DNA of 64,000 nt from an uncultured virus (IMG/VR IMGVR_UViG_3300011437_000001) (lineage: Duplodnaviria; Heunggongvirae; Uroviricota; Caudoviricetes), in IMG/VR virus record IMGVR_UViG_3300011437_000001. One strand, 5' to 3'. Below the pieces are notes generated by a model. The model searched no databases and was not told where the DNA came from. It was given only the letters and a program-made list of their open reading frames with translations. The position numbers and the translations under genes were made by a program. Shown here one piece after another: positions 25,960-36,060 of this stretch (position 1 is its first letter; each line of letters opens with the position of its first letter).

Positions 25960-26442
25960 GTGGACTCCATCAGCTCCAAGATGTTCACCGATGCAACGAA
26001 TGGCTGCGACTTCACTGCCGTCGCTGTGGACGACGCGAAGGGCTCGACTCCCGCGGACGACTCACTGTGCTGCACCCCGGAGATCCCGCTTTCAGCCGAT
26101 GAGGCTGACTTCGAGTTCGCCAACCCCAAGGCAGAGACCAAGAACCTCGGTGTGGCCGACGCCCGGGCACTCATTCGTGCTCGCGCCTGCGCCATCATGG
26201 AGCGCTACCCAGCCGGGTGTGCCTGTGATCGATCTGCTAGCAAGCTGTGTATCGCCTGCGATCGATTTTTCCGTGCCGCCAAGCTGGTCCTTGCCCTTGA
26301 CGGCGTCAAAGCGGCGAAAGCCGCGGCGGATGCGGACGACGAAGAGGACGGGGAAGAGCCGGAGCAGTACGACGGCAAGTGGGCCGCCGAGCACATCGCC
26401 AAACTGAACCGCAAAGGAAAAGCAGGAGGAAAAAAGAAATGA
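25960..26442 (+). CDS. Hypothetical protein upstream of the terminase (small-terminase position; not supported by motif)
   Basis: ORF with a Cys cluster and acidic/basic tail; start uncertain. Confidence 0.45.
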   Translation: MDSISSKMFTDATNGCDFTAVAVDDAKGSTPADDSLCCTPEIPLSADEADFEFANPKAETKNLGVADARALIRARACAIMERYPAGCACDRSASKLCIACDRFFRAAKLVLALDGVKAAKAAADADDEEDGEEPEQYDGKWAAEHIAKLNRKGKAGGKKK

Positions 26443-26630
26443 CTTGCAAGCTGCGCGTAACGTCTGTGCATAGCAGCATCAAGGAGCGAGATGGCGCCGA
26501 AGCCGTGGTGTATCGCATCGCTCTTTGGTGCCCGTCCGGCCCCCTGAGGATGATCGAGCTAAACCTCGACGCCGAAGAAGCCGCCAAGTTTCAAATCGGG
26601 CAGGAAGTCTCGATCACTCTGGCAACATAA
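26439..26630 (+). CDS. Small hypothetical protein
   Basis: ATGA overlap; AGGAGG RBS. Confidence 0.55.
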   Translation: MTCKLRVTSVHSSIKERDGAEAVVYRIALWCPSGPLRMIELNLDAEEAAKFQIGQEVSITLAT

Positions 26631-26641
26631 CTCGCCTTCCT

Positions 26642-28873
26642 ATGGTCGCCACCGCCATCGGCATCCCGGAAAAGCTGACCTCCGTCGTCGAATCGTTCGA
26701 CGTGTTCTGCGACCAGTACGCGCGCATCGAGGACAAGCGCAGCCGGCGGGCCATCCCCTTCGATCGCTATCCCGATCAGCGGCGCATCAGCGAACTGCTC
26801 GCCGACGGTAAATGGCTGGTGTGCCTCAAGGCCCGCCAGTGCGGCATCACCTGGCTGACCGCGGCCTACACCCTGTGGTGCATGCTCACCAAGCCCAACT
26901 TCGAGGCCGTGGTGCTGCAACAGGACAAGAGCTACGCCAAGGCGTTCCTGCGGCGTGTGCGCTTCATCTACAAGAACCTGCCCGACTGGATGAAGGTGCC
27001 CATCAAGTCCAACTCGCGTTTCGAGCTGGCCTTCCGGCACCCCGACGGCGAAAGCATCCTGACGGCCATCGCCGGCAGTGACGCCGCCGGTCGATCGATG
27101 ACCGTGAACCTCATCATCTTCGACGAGCACGCCTACATTCCGCAGGCTCAGGAGTCGCGGGAAGGCTGCGAGTTCTCCGTCGAGCGCTCCGACGGGCAGA
27201 TCGTTTCCATCTCCACTGCTGCCGGCCCGTACGGTGACTTCTATGAAGTGTTTACCAACGCGCCGGAGAACAAGTATTACCCGGTGTTCTTGCCCTGGCG
27301 CTCGGTGCCCGATCGCACCGACGAATGGTACGCCGCCGAGGTCCGCCGTTTGGCCAACAACCCGGTGCGACTGAAGCGCGAACTGCCCAACACGCCGGCG
27401 GAAGCGTTCATGTACGCCGAGGGCCGCTGCTACCCGGGCTTCGACGCCGAGAAGCACGTCCGAACCTTCGAATCGCTTTTGGAGTTGGGTCTGCGCCCAC
27501 GTGACGCAGAGCGTGTTCGCGGCGTTGACTTTGGCGGCGTGGCGCCGTTTGCCTGCCTGTGGATCGCACACTGGAAAGACGCCAACCCCGGCTTCACCAT
27601 GGACCCCTCGTGCGTGAACCTGCACCGCGAGATGCTGGCCTACCACTTCGACGAGAAAGCCCGCAAGCGAAACGGCAAGGATCGCCCGGTGAAGCTGGAC
27701 GATCACGCCTGCTTCCCGGCGGGAACCGTCATCGAAACGTTGTATGGACCCCAGTCCATCGATCAGATCAAACGCGGCGACATCGTACGCTCCCACCGCG
27801 GCTGGGCCCTGGTGGAAGTTGGCGCAACCGAGACCGGAACGTCGCCCCTGGTGCAAGTCACCTTGGAGGACGGCCGCTGGGTGCGCTGCACGCCGGATCA
27901 TCCTTTCGCCCTGGCCGACGGCGGCTTCTGCCGCGCCGACGCCATCGAAGGGCACGAGGTCTGCGTGCTGGCCGGCGACCGCAAATGGCGGCGCGATGTC
28001 ATGGCCGCACGGTCCGAGCAGAGGCCCAAAAGTAAAAACGCCGCCGCGGTTGGCGACAAAAAGAAAAAGACAAGGCCGAGTTCCATCATGGACCCCGGCC
28101 AGATCCTTAGCCCCATCGTGGGCTGGGACATGAAGCCCGACCCCTCCGCAGTTCGCGATATGCCCGTGCTGGGCATGAACCGCATGGCGGTGAAGAGCGT
28201 CGAGGTCCGCCCGGAACCCATCCGGGTGTACTCCATCGCCACCGAACATGGCACGCATTTGGCCAACGGCATCCTGGTGAGCAACTGCGACGCGCTGCGC
28301 TACGCGGTCATGTTCGGCGACTTCCAGGGCCATGTTCACGTCTACCGCGAGCTTTACGTGGAGGACTCGGTGGGCAAGGGCCGCACCGATCTGCACGACA
28401 TCGACGACATTCACAAGCTCAGCGGCTGGGTGCCCGGCGAATCGTGGGAAAAAGTGAAGTGGAAACCCGGTCCGAATGGTGAGTCCTTCGAGTGGTCTGT
28501 GGCTGATCGAGCGCTGCCCAAAGTTATCGTGCTCTACAACGACATGGACATCGCCTTGGCCAGCTACGCCGAGCGCGAGCAGGACATCGAGGGAGCAACC
28601 GGCGACGACGTGATGGACGGCATTCACCGGCTCAACACGCTGATCGACGGCACGCTACCCATCCGCAAGACGGTAGAGCTTTCCGTAGAGCAGCGGCGGG
28701 AACTGAACATCGAACGTGAACTGCGCGGGCTGTCGCGCCTCTCGGGCCCGTGCGACCTGCAAGAGGCGGCGTTCCGCGATGCGGCGCGGCAGGACGTGCT
28801 GCGCAAGCAAAAGGCACGAGAACGACGGTCGGGCGCTTCACGCTACCGGCCTTACGGGCGCAACGTCGCCTGA
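26642..28873 (+). CDS. terL: Terminase large subunit containing an intein
   Basis: Walker A-like LKARQCGITW, Walker B LIIFDE, SIST coupling motif, nuclease GVDFG and DDHA/CDALRY. Confidence 0.92.
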   Translation: MVATAIGIPEKLTSVVESFDVFCDQYARIEDKRSRRAIPFDRYPDQRRISELLADGKWLVCLKARQCGITWLTAAYTLWCMLTKPNFEAVVLQQDKSYAKAFLRRVRFIYKNLPDWMKVPIKSNSRFELAFRHPDGESILTAIAGSDAAGRSMTVNLIIFDEHAYIPQAQESREGCEFSVERSDGQIVSISTAAGPYGDFYEVFTNAPENKYYPVFLPWRSVPDRTDEWYAAEVRRLANNPVRLKRELPNTPAEAFMYAEGRCYPGFDAEKHVRTFESLLELGLRPRDAERVRGVDFGGVAPFACLWIAHWKDANPGFTMDPSCVNLHREMLAYHFDEKARKRNGKDRPVKLDDHACFPAGTVIETLYGPQSIDQIKRGDIVRSHRGWALVEVGATETGTSPLVQVTLEDGRWVRCTPDHPFALADGGFCRADAIEGHEVCVLAGDRKWRRDVMAARSEQRPKSKNAAAVGDKKKKTRPSSIMDPGQILSPIVGWDMKPDPSAVRDMPVLGMNRMAVKSVEVRPEPIRVYSIATEHGTHLANGILVSNCDALRYAVMFGDFQGHVHVYRELYVEDSVGKGRTDLHDIDDIHKLSGWVPGESWEKVKWKPGPNGESFEWSVADRALPKVIVLYNDMDIALASYAEREQDIEGATGDDVMDGIHRLNTLIDGTLPIRKTVELSVEQRRELNIERELRGLSRLSGPCDLQEAAFRDAARQDVLRKQKARERRSGASRYRPYGRNVA
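27710..28285 (+). mobile_element. Mini-intein (Hint domain, 192 aa, no LAGLIDADG motif seen)
   Basis: Block A CFPAGTVIET, block B CTPDHPF, blocks F/G VYSIATEHGTHLANGILVSN followed by +1 Cys. Confidence 0.9.
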
Positions 28874-28888
28874 CGGAGTTGCACAGCC

Positions 28889-29314
28889 ATGGGACAGATT
28901 CTTCGCAAATTCGGCACCCCGGTGAAGATCGTCGATGCGGTGGATATCAGCGCCGCAGCGACCACGGTCATCGTGAAAACGAAGGGGGCCATGGCCATCG
29001 ATCTGCACGTCGAGGTCACCAACTCCGGCGGCACCGCCGACAGCAACGTGAGCATCACCGGGCAGCGAGTTCACAACCCGCTGGCGGACTCGCCGACCGT
29101 GGATGACGCGACCGCCTTTCTCGCGGCGTTCAACATCAGCGCCGCCGGCTTCAATGGTGCAAAGAAATGGACCCGGCTGTTCTCGGTGGACGACCACCTC
29201 AACGGCTGGGGTCCGGGCGTGCAGCTTTCCTTCGCTCGCGTAGGCGGCGACCGCACCTGCGTCATCAGCGTGTGGATCAGCTACGGCTTCGAGGTGGATG
29301 CCGCGGGCGGCTAA
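28889..29314 (+). CDS. Hypothetical beta-rich protein, possibly virion-associated
   Basis: GGAG RBS; lies between terminase and portal. Confidence 0.6.
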   Translation: MGQILRKFGTPVKIVDAVDISAAATTVIVKTKGAMAIDLHVEVTNSGGTADSNVSITGQRVHNPLADSPTVDDATAFLAAFNISAAGFNGAKKWTRLFSVDDHLNGWGPGVQLSFARVGGDRTCVISVWISYGFEVDAAGG

Positions 29315-29462
29315 GACCTTCATTCCTGCATTCGCCACACGAGAAGCAATCGCCCGTCTGGGCTCGCAGGCGAATGGCCCTTGTCCATGGGGCACACTCA
29401 ACGGTCCGGCCACGGGACTCAATAACGGGCGAACGTGGCAATACACAAGGACGGCCTCGCAA

Positions 29463-29831
29463 ATGCCAAAGCACAGCAAACAAAACGCACCGAAGCAAAA
29501 GCCGGTCATCGTGCAGAAGGGGCAGGTGGAGATCGAAGGCACCCTCTTGGAGCGATGCCACAAGATGCGCATCGTTTTCGACGAAGTCATGCGGCAAAAC
29601 CACTCGCCCATCGCCGGGCCCCTGAAGATGCGCTACGACCACGACGGCGTGTTTCACGGGATCACCAGCATGGTGGCCGAGCTGGCCCAGGAAGTGGAGG
29701 ACGTGAAGGAGGCGGTCAAGGCGCTGAACCAGATCATTCTGGAGAACAGCGAAGAGCTGCCGCCCAACCTGAAATTGGTCAAGGAAGAGACCGAAGAGGC
29801 GAAGACCCCGTCTCTGATCGTGCAAGGATGA
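29463..29831 (+). CDS. Hypothetical coiled-coil protein
   Basis: MPKHSKQ...VAELAQEVEDVKEAVKAL. Confidence 0.55.
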   Translation: MPKHSKQNAPKQKPVIVQKGQVEIEGTLLERCHKMRIVFDEVMRQNHSPIAGPLKMRYDHDGVFHGITSMVAELAQEVEDVKEAVKALNQIILENSEELPPNLKLVKEETEEAKTPSLIVQG

Positions 29832-29887
29832 CCGCCCGCGCCCGCCGCAGTCAGGGAGGATCGCGGCGGGCTGCGGGGAATTAAGCC

Positions 29888-30250
29888 ATGGAACTCCAAC
29901 CCTGGATCGTGCCACTGGCGGCGCTCGCGCTCGGGCTGCTGCTCGGCTTTTTTGCCGGCCACAGCGGGCGCGGCTTGCTGCTGAGCCACATCGCGCAGCT
30001 CAATCGCGAGATCGAGGGCAAGGAAAAGCGGCACGACAGCGTGGTGCGCTCTTTCCTGCACCGCCTGGACGTGCATCCCGACGACGAAGGCAAGTGCCGG
30101 GTGATCGACCGCTCCAAGCGCACGATCGCCAAAATCATCCAGAAGGCCAAGGCGGCGCGGTTGCACAACGAGCGGGAGTGGGCGCAGGTGAATCAAGAGG
30201 CGGGCGTGCCCGTCACAACAGAGGAGACAGCCGACGATGGCAACGGGTGA
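29888..30250 (+). CDS. Membrane-anchored hypothetical protein
   Basis: N-terminal TM segment WIVPLAALALGLLLGFFAG. Confidence 0.65.
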   Translation: MELQPWIVPLAALALGLLLGFFAGHSGRGLLLSHIAQLNREIEGKEKRHDSVVRSFLHRLDVHPDDEGKCRVIDRSKRTIAKIIQKAKAARLHNEREWAQVNQEAGVPVTTEETADDGNG

Positions 30251-30545
30251 TTCGATTGCGGATGCGGGACTGGCGATGGAGGCGGCTGTAGCGGCCGCAA
30301 AGCCGAGCGGCGCCAAGCTGGCCGAACTGCGCGAGCCGCCAACCAATCCGGTGTACTTAATGGACCCGGACATCGAGACAGAGATCGTGTTCGACCCCGA
30401 TGCCGCCGCACAGTACGCGACCAAACTCGGCGCTGCGGTGCTCAGGCTGGCCGAGCACGGCGTGCTATGCCGCGAAGTAACTCTCAGCCCGTCCGACGGG
30501 ACGGTGCATTTTCGATTCGATTTCGACCACCACAAATTCTCTTAG
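30237..30545 (+). CDS. Hypothetical protein
   Basis: GAGGAG RBS. Confidence 0.55.
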   Translation: MATGDSIADAGLAMEAAVAAAKPSGAKLAELREPPTNPVYLMDPDIETEIVFDPDAAAQYATKLGAAVLRLAEHGVLCREVTLSPSDGTVHFRFDFDHHKFS

Positions 30546-30557
30546 GGAGAAAGACCA

Positions 30558-30743
30558 ATGAAGAAAGACGACGGGCTTCACCACGAAGAGGCGACGCGCA
30601 CCAAGCGCGACCGGGACGGCGTGCAGTGGGACTCCACCGGCGGGCAGGGCGTCACCAAGGGCCAATGCTCGGGCTACTCCGGGCAAGGCGACCTGATGAA
30701 GGGCTCCAAGGACTACAAGGCCGGCAAGGGCGGTAAGTCCTAA
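30558..30743 (+). CDS. Small Gly/Lys-rich protein
   Basis: AGGGAG RBS. Confidence 0.55.
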   Translation: MKKDDGLHHEEATRTKRDRDGVQWDSTGGQGVTKGQCSGYSGQGDLMKGSKDYKAGKGGKS

Positions 30744-30804
30744 GCGCGGCCAGCGACTTTCGTCACATAACCACGACGTGCTTTCCTGAGGGGGAAAGAA
30801 GCCA

Positions 30805-33081
30805 GTGGCATTCGGACGACATGACGCCGAAGCGCGGCGGGGCCGGAACGACTCCGGCTCCGCCGTAACCGGCGTCCATCAAATCAACTGGAACGGCAAG
30901 CCCGGCGACGGGCAGCTCCTGGCGTTCATCGACGCCCAGGTGCAGGCCCACGACGCGCGGCACATCCATTGGGTGCAGCGCGCCAAGGTACAACTCGCTT
31001 GGGCTGCCGGCGATCAGAACAGCGTCATCGACGAAGTGTCGGGCGACTTAGGCCCCTCCGATGACGTGCAAGCCGATCAGATCGCCCTCAATGTCAACAA
31101 GATCAAACCTGCGGTCCTCAACTGGATCAGCATGGTCACCAGCCGCCCGATCACCTTCCGGGTGACGCCGGCCACCCCCGACAACGAGGACGTGGCCGCC
31201 GCCGGCGTGCAGGACAAACTCGCCAAGTATTACTGGAACCGCCTGCTGGAGGGCGAGAACTTCCTGAACTCGCTGTGGATCATCCTGGTCACCGGGATCG
31301 GGTTCTACCAGAGCGGCTGGGACCCCAACGCCGGCGGCGAACTCAGCGTGGGCGCCGAGGACGTGCTGCCCGATTCCTCCTTCGAGAGTGACGGCCGCTC
31401 CATCGTGCAGCGGGTGAAGGATCTGGTTGCCGAACTGACCGGCCGCGACTCCGGCGAAGTCGAAGGCATCAGCGACGACGGGCAAATGCTGGTTGCCGAA
31501 GGCGACCTGGACTGCAAGCTGCTCACCGGCTTCGACATCATCAACCCCGCCCGCGCCACCAACATCAAGGACGCCGCCTGGCTCATCGTCCGCGAGTTCG
31601 TATCCATCGAAGATTTGCGCATCGAGTACGGCGACAAGGCCAAGGGCATCGAGGGCGGGGACCAGGACCAATTCGGCTACAACCAGTACCAGGGCTCCAA
31701 CTATCGCTCGCAGACGTGGCACACCGACGGCGAGCACGCGATCAAGTACACCCTGTGGCGGCCGCGCAGCAAAGCCTGCAAGAAGGGCTTCAAGTGCGTG
31801 GTCTGCCAAGGCCGGGTGCTGGAGAGCGGACCCAATCCCTACGAGCACGGCGAAATTCCCGTGGTGCGCATCACCGAGCTGCCCAGCGCCAAGGAATTCT
31901 GGCCGCCCAGCACGGTCACCGACCTGATGAGTTTGCAGGCGGAGATCAACATCACCCACTCGCAAGTCGCGGAACACAAGGCCCGCACCGTTGACCCCAA
32001 GATCATCTACGAGAAGGGCGCTGGACTGGACGACGAAGCGTTCACCCGCCGCGGCGAGCTCGTGGAAGTCAATCGCGGCTTCATCGACAAGGTGAAGCCA
32101 TGGGTGCCCGAGCCGCTGCAATCCTACGTCGCGTACTGGATGCAGAACCTCCGCGAAGCGTTCGACGACATCGCCCGCAACCACGCGCCGTCGTACGGCA
32201 AGCCCAAGGGCGGCGTGCGTTCCGGCAAGCAGGCCATCGCCTACCAGGAAGCCGACGCGCGATTGAACGCGCCCATGATGCGGCTGCTCAAGGAGGGTCT
32301 GGCCGAAGTCTGCCGGCAGTGGATGGCCATCCTGCACCAGTTCGGCGACGAAGCGCGCACCATCCGTATCATCGGGGACAACAACGAGCCGGAAGTGCTC
32401 ACCTGGTCCAAGGCCGATCTACCCTACGCCAAATACAACGTGACCTGCGATCTCGGCCCCACCGTGGATCAGCAAACGATGATGGACCTCATCGACATGC
32501 TGACCGCCCGCGGCTGGATCCGCCCCGACAAGCCGGAAGATAAAGCGCTGGTGTTCCGCTGGATGGGCCAGGGCGTCACCCACGAGATCGACGAATCCAA
32601 GGTGGATCGCCGCAACGCCAGCATGGAGAACCAGCGGCTGCTCAAGGGTGAGGAAGTCGCGATCTCTGACGGCGACGACGACACCACGCATCTCGAAGAG
32701 CACCACAAAGAGCAGAAGAGCGCCAAGTACCGCGAGCAGATGCTGGTCAATCCAGAGATCGAAAAGATTTTCGCCGTGCATATTCGGGAACACGAGCGCC
32801 GCCGCATCAGCAAGCAGATTCGCCAGGAAGTCGAGGCGCAGAAGATCAGCATGGAACTCACCGCTCTCGCGCTGCCAGCTCCCGCTCCAGGGATGGGAGC
32901 CCCCTCTGGCCCGGGCGCAGGCGGACCGGCAGCCCCTGCGCCTCCGGGCCCACAGAGCCAGAATTCGAGCAAGCCGCCCAACCAGGGCGCGTACGTACCA
33001 CGTCAGCCGAAAAACCAAGTTCAAGGACAGCGGGCCAATCGCGCGCCACGGCTGGGCGTTCAAAAGCGACCCGTTGGCTAG
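30805..33081 (+). CDS. Portal protein (P22-like)
   Basis: LNVNKIKPAV, HGEIPVV, DLMSLQAEIN, VRSGKQAIAYQE, C-terminal DDDTTHLEEH; size and position after the terminase. Confidence 0.85.
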   Translation: MAFGRHDAEARRGRNDSGSAVTGVHQINWNGKPGDGQLLAFIDAQVQAHDARHIHWVQRAKVQLAWAAGDQNSVIDEVSGDLGPSDDVQADQIALNVNKIKPAVLNWISMVTSRPITFRVTPATPDNEDVAAAGVQDKLAKYYWNRLLEGENFLNSLWIILVTGIGFYQSGWDPNAGGELSVGAEDVLPDSSFESDGRSIVQRVKDLVAELTGRDSGEVEGISDDGQMLVAEGDLDCKLLTGFDIINPARATNIKDAAWLIVREFVSIEDLRIEYGDKAKGIEGGDQDQFGYNQYQGSNYRSQTWHTDGEHAIKYTLWRPRSKACKKGFKCVVCQGRVLESGPNPYEHGEIPVVRITELPSAKEFWPPSTVTDLMSLQAEINITHSQVAEHKARTVDPKIIYEKGAGLDDEAFTRRGELVEVNRGFIDKVKPWVPEPLQSYVAYWMQNLREAFDDIARNHAPSYGKPKGGVRSGKQAIAYQEADARLNAPMMRLLKEGLAEVCRQWMAILHQFGDEARTIRIIGDNNEPEVLTWSKADLPYAKYNVTCDLGPTVDQQTMMDLIDMLTARGWIRPDKPEDKALVFRWMGQGVTHEIDESKVDRRNASMENQRLLKGEEVAISDGDDDTTHLEEHHKEQKSAKYREQMLVNPEIEKIFAVHIREHERRRISKQIRQEVEAQKISMELTALALPAPAPGMGAPSGPGAGGPAAPAPPGPQSQNSSKPPNQGAYVPRQPKNQVQGQRANRAPRLGVQKRPVG

Positions 33082-33099
33082 GAGGAGAGAAGCGAAGCC

Positions 33100-33855
33100 A
33101 TGGCAGGCGAACCCAATCAGACCACGGCTCCCGTCGAGGATGACCCGACTCCAGACGATCTGGAAATCGAGGATCAGCCCGGCGATGCGCCGAACGAACC
33201 CGAGCAAAAACCGGCGGCCGCGCAACCCGCCGACCCTTACGCCGGTCTGAGCGACAAGGACCGGCGGATGCTGGAGATGGTCAACAAGGCCGGCGTCTCC
33301 CCGGAAGAACTCATGTCCTACGCCGCGAAGGGCTACGACACCTTCCAGCAGGAGATGAAGGCCAAGGAAGCCAAGGCTCCCGCAGCCGGCGGCGACGAGG
33401 ACATCATCCCCGTCACCAAGCGGGAGTTCTACGACCTGGCCCGCAAGCTGGGTGAGAACGTGCCCAAGATGGTGGGCGCGCAGCAGAAGGAATTCCAGCT
33501 GCAAGGATTGCTCGACGCCAACCCGGAGATCGCCGACGACCCCGACGCCCGCAGTTACGTCGACGCCCACGCACGGGCCATGGTCAAGACCGGCGTGCCG
33601 GTGCGCGATGCCTACCGCGCGGCGCACAAGAAGTACCTGGACTGGGAAGCGAAGGTGAAGCAAAAGCACCTGCAAAAGAAGATCGCCGCCCAGAAAACGC
33701 GCGGGGAATCCAGCCGCGGCTCGTCGGTCACCGACCTGCCCAAGATGGATTTCGAGCACAAGGAAAGCGACCTGGTGGACGGCACCGCTTCACGGCAAGC
33801 CACCGAAATGGCGCGGAAGATGGAAGCGGCCATGACCGGAGGAAATCGCCGCTAG
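33100..33855 (+). CDS. Putative scaffolding protein
   Basis: Acidic Pro-rich N-terminus, helical; between portal and capsid. Confidence 0.65.
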   Translation: MAGEPNQTTAPVEDDPTPDDLEIEDQPGDAPNEPEQKPAAAQPADPYAGLSDKDRRMLEMVNKAGVSPEELMSYAAKGYDTFQQEMKAKEAKAPAAGGDEDIIPVTKREFYDLARKLGENVPKMVGAQQKEFQLQGLLDANPEIADDPDARSYVDAHARAMVKTGVPVRDAYRAAHKKYLDWEAKVKQKHLQKKIAAQKTRGESSRGSSVTDLPKMDFEHKESDLVDGTASRQATEMARKMEAAMTGGNRR

Positions 33856-33927
33856 AGAGACAAACAGTCACAACACGGGGCTAGTTCGCCGCGGCTGATC
33901 CCCGCCGGCGAATGACGCGAATTAACG

Positions 33928-33973
33928 GAGCGGCAGTTGGGTGCCCAAACCATCCAGCGGCTGCTCTTTTTTT
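33928..33973 (+). terminator. Terminator-like hairpin between the scaffold and capsid genes
   Basis: GAGCGGCAGTTGG...CCAGCGGCTGCTC followed by T7. Confidence 0.6.
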
Positions 33974-34089
33974 GCGCCCCGTTTTTCGTTCGCAACACAC
34001 GTCAACAAACACCAACCGTTGGATTCGGGGCGGGCGGCGCTTGAGCTCGCGAGGCCGCATGGCCGCCCGCCCCCTTGGAGAAAGAAGCA

Positions 34090-35334
34090 ATGGCACTCAC
34101 CACTGCAACCAGGGCCGTATACGACAAGGCCCTCCGGGAAGTTTACACGCCGAAGATGTGGAAGCTCCAGAACCGCGACCGCATCCTTCTGCAAAAGTTC
34201 AACAAGAACACCGAAGCCTACGCGGAAGGCAAGCAGATCAACATTCCGCTGCACACCGCCGGTTCTGGTGGCGTAGGCTACAGCTCCTCGGGCGCGCTGC
34301 CCACCGCCGGCAACCAGATGACCGAGCGAGCCTCGACGAACTACAAGCGCATCTATGCGCGGTTCAAGATCGACGGGGCGCTGATCGCCAGCACCAAGAC
34401 CGGCTACGCGGCCGAGATGCGGGCGCTGGAGTTCGAGGCCAAGAACCTCATCGAGGACGTGGCCGACGCCCTGGCCTATGACATCTGGCAGGACGCCACG
34501 GGCAAGATCGCCGGCACCATGTCGGTGCCTGCCGGCGGCGCTAGCGTCTCGTCCTTCCGGGTGCCCAAGGCCAACAACGGCATCCGCAAGAACTCGATCA
34601 TCGACGTGCGGGTGACCTCCTCTGGCGCGGTCGGCTCCGCCGGCGTGGCTAAGGCCAAGGTGATCTCGGTGGCGCCCGACACCACCGACACCACGTTGCT
34701 GCTCATCACCATCGACACCGACACGCCGCTGGCCGGCACCGGCGATCTGGCTTCCGGCGGCCCGTACTCGGTGTACCGCCAGACCTCGCGCAACGACGCC
34801 ATCGACGGTCTGTCGTCGATCATCTCCGCGACCGGCACGTACCTGGGCATCAACCGGGCGACGGCGGGCAACGAGTATTGGAAGGCGCAGGTGCTTTCCA
34901 ATGGCGGCACCAACCGCCCGCTGACGCTCGAACTGATGCAGGAGATGACCGATCAGATCGAGATCAACTCCAACGGTACGCCGAAGCTGATTGTGACTTC
35001 GCACGCGCTGTGGCGCGAACTGGCCAGCCAACTGGTGGCCGACAAGCGCTACAAGGGCGAGTCGATGAAGCTCAACGGCTGGTGCGAGGCGCTGGACTTC
35101 CGCGGCATCCCGGTGGTGCGCGACAAGTACGCTCCCGCGAACAAGATGTGGTTCTTGGACACCGACACGTGGACCATCTACCACGACAGCGAGGGCGGGT
35201 TCATCGACGAGGACGGCCAGATCCTGCGCATGGTCACGGACAACGACCAGTTCGAGGCCGCGTGGCGGCGCTACCTACAGCTCGTGTGCGCCGACCCGGC
35301 CTCCAACGGTCTGCTCTCGGACCTCCTGGAGTAA
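34090..35334 (+). CDS. Major capsid protein
   Basis: 414 aa; EGKQINIPLHT, DGLSSII, YLGINRATAGNEYWKA, FRGIPVVRDKYAP; position after the scaffold. Confidence 0.85.
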   Translation: MALTTATRAVYDKALREVYTPKMWKLQNRDRILLQKFNKNTEAYAEGKQINIPLHTAGSGGVGYSSSGALPTAGNQMTERASTNYKRIYARFKIDGALIASTKTGYAAEMRALEFEAKNLIEDVADALAYDIWQDATGKIAGTMSVPAGGASVSSFRVPKANNGIRKNSIIDVRVTSSGAVGSAGVAKAKVISVAPDTTDTTLLLITIDTDTPLAGTGDLASGGPYSVYRQTSRNDAIDGLSSIISATGTYLGINRATAGNEYWKAQVLSNGGTNRPLTLELMQEMTDQIEINSNGTPKLIVTSHALWRELASQLVADKRYKGESMKLNGWCEALDFRGIPVVRDKYAPANKMWFLDTDTWTIYHDSEGGFIDEDGQILRMVTDNDQFEAAWRRYLQLVCADPASNGLLSDLLE

Positions 35335-35474
35335 CCAACTCACGCAACTGATCTTCCGCCTCCTGCGGGCACGTAGGGGTCGGCGCCGGCAGACGCCGGC
35401 CCCGCGTGCTTGGCGGCGGTTTCTGAGTATCCGGCTTCGCGCCGGGGCCAACTATGTAAGGGAGAAAAAGCAAA

Positions 35475-36047
35475 ATGATTCGCGACAAAGCCATCCAATG
35501 GAAGAGGGAAAGCCTCTTCATTCACGCCGAGCAGTTCGTGGCCGCGACAGCCACTGCGGCGCATCAAACCGTGGGTGCCGGTGCTCCGCCCCTGGCGGAA
35601 ATCAGCACTTTCGGGTTCGCCGCGCTGCTCATGGAAGCCGCTGGCGACGAGGGCGGGTATGCCTTCATGGTCCCCAAGCACTGGGACCCCGCCGAAGAGT
35701 TGGGCTTCACTGTGTGGTGGAGCAGCGGTTCATCGACCGCCGCCGACACCATCGACTGGCTCGTGCTGGCCAAGTTCTTCGCCGAAGGCGTCGTGCTTAC
35801 GGCCCCTGCGGCACTGGACACGACGATCGCGCAAGATACGGTCGTGGACGCTAACTTCGGCCAGAAAACCTCTCGCGGCATCAAGAACAAGAACTGGCTC
35901 ACGCACGCCCAGGTGGACGCGGGTGCGATCATCGCCGTCAACGTGGAGATGGACGCTTTCGCCGTCGGCCTCTCGGAACCCAAGCACTTCCTCGGCCTGG
36001 AGATCGACTTCATGCCGCGGCGTTGCAAGCCGGATTACAGCTCTTAA
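35475..36047 (+). CDS. Putative virion structural/decoration protein
   Basis: Follows the capsid gene; GGGAG RBS. Confidence 0.55.
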   Translation: MIRDKAIQWKRESLFIHAEQFVAATATAAHQTVGAGAPPLAEISTFGFAALLMEAAGDEGGYAFMVPKHWDPAEELGFTVWWSSGSSTAADTIDWLVLAKFFAEGVVLTAPAALDTTIAQDTVVDANFGQKTSRGIKNKNWLTHAQVDAGAIIAVNVEMDAFAVGLSEPKHFLGLEIDFMPRRCKPDYSS

Positions 36048-36060
36048 GCGCTGACTACCT

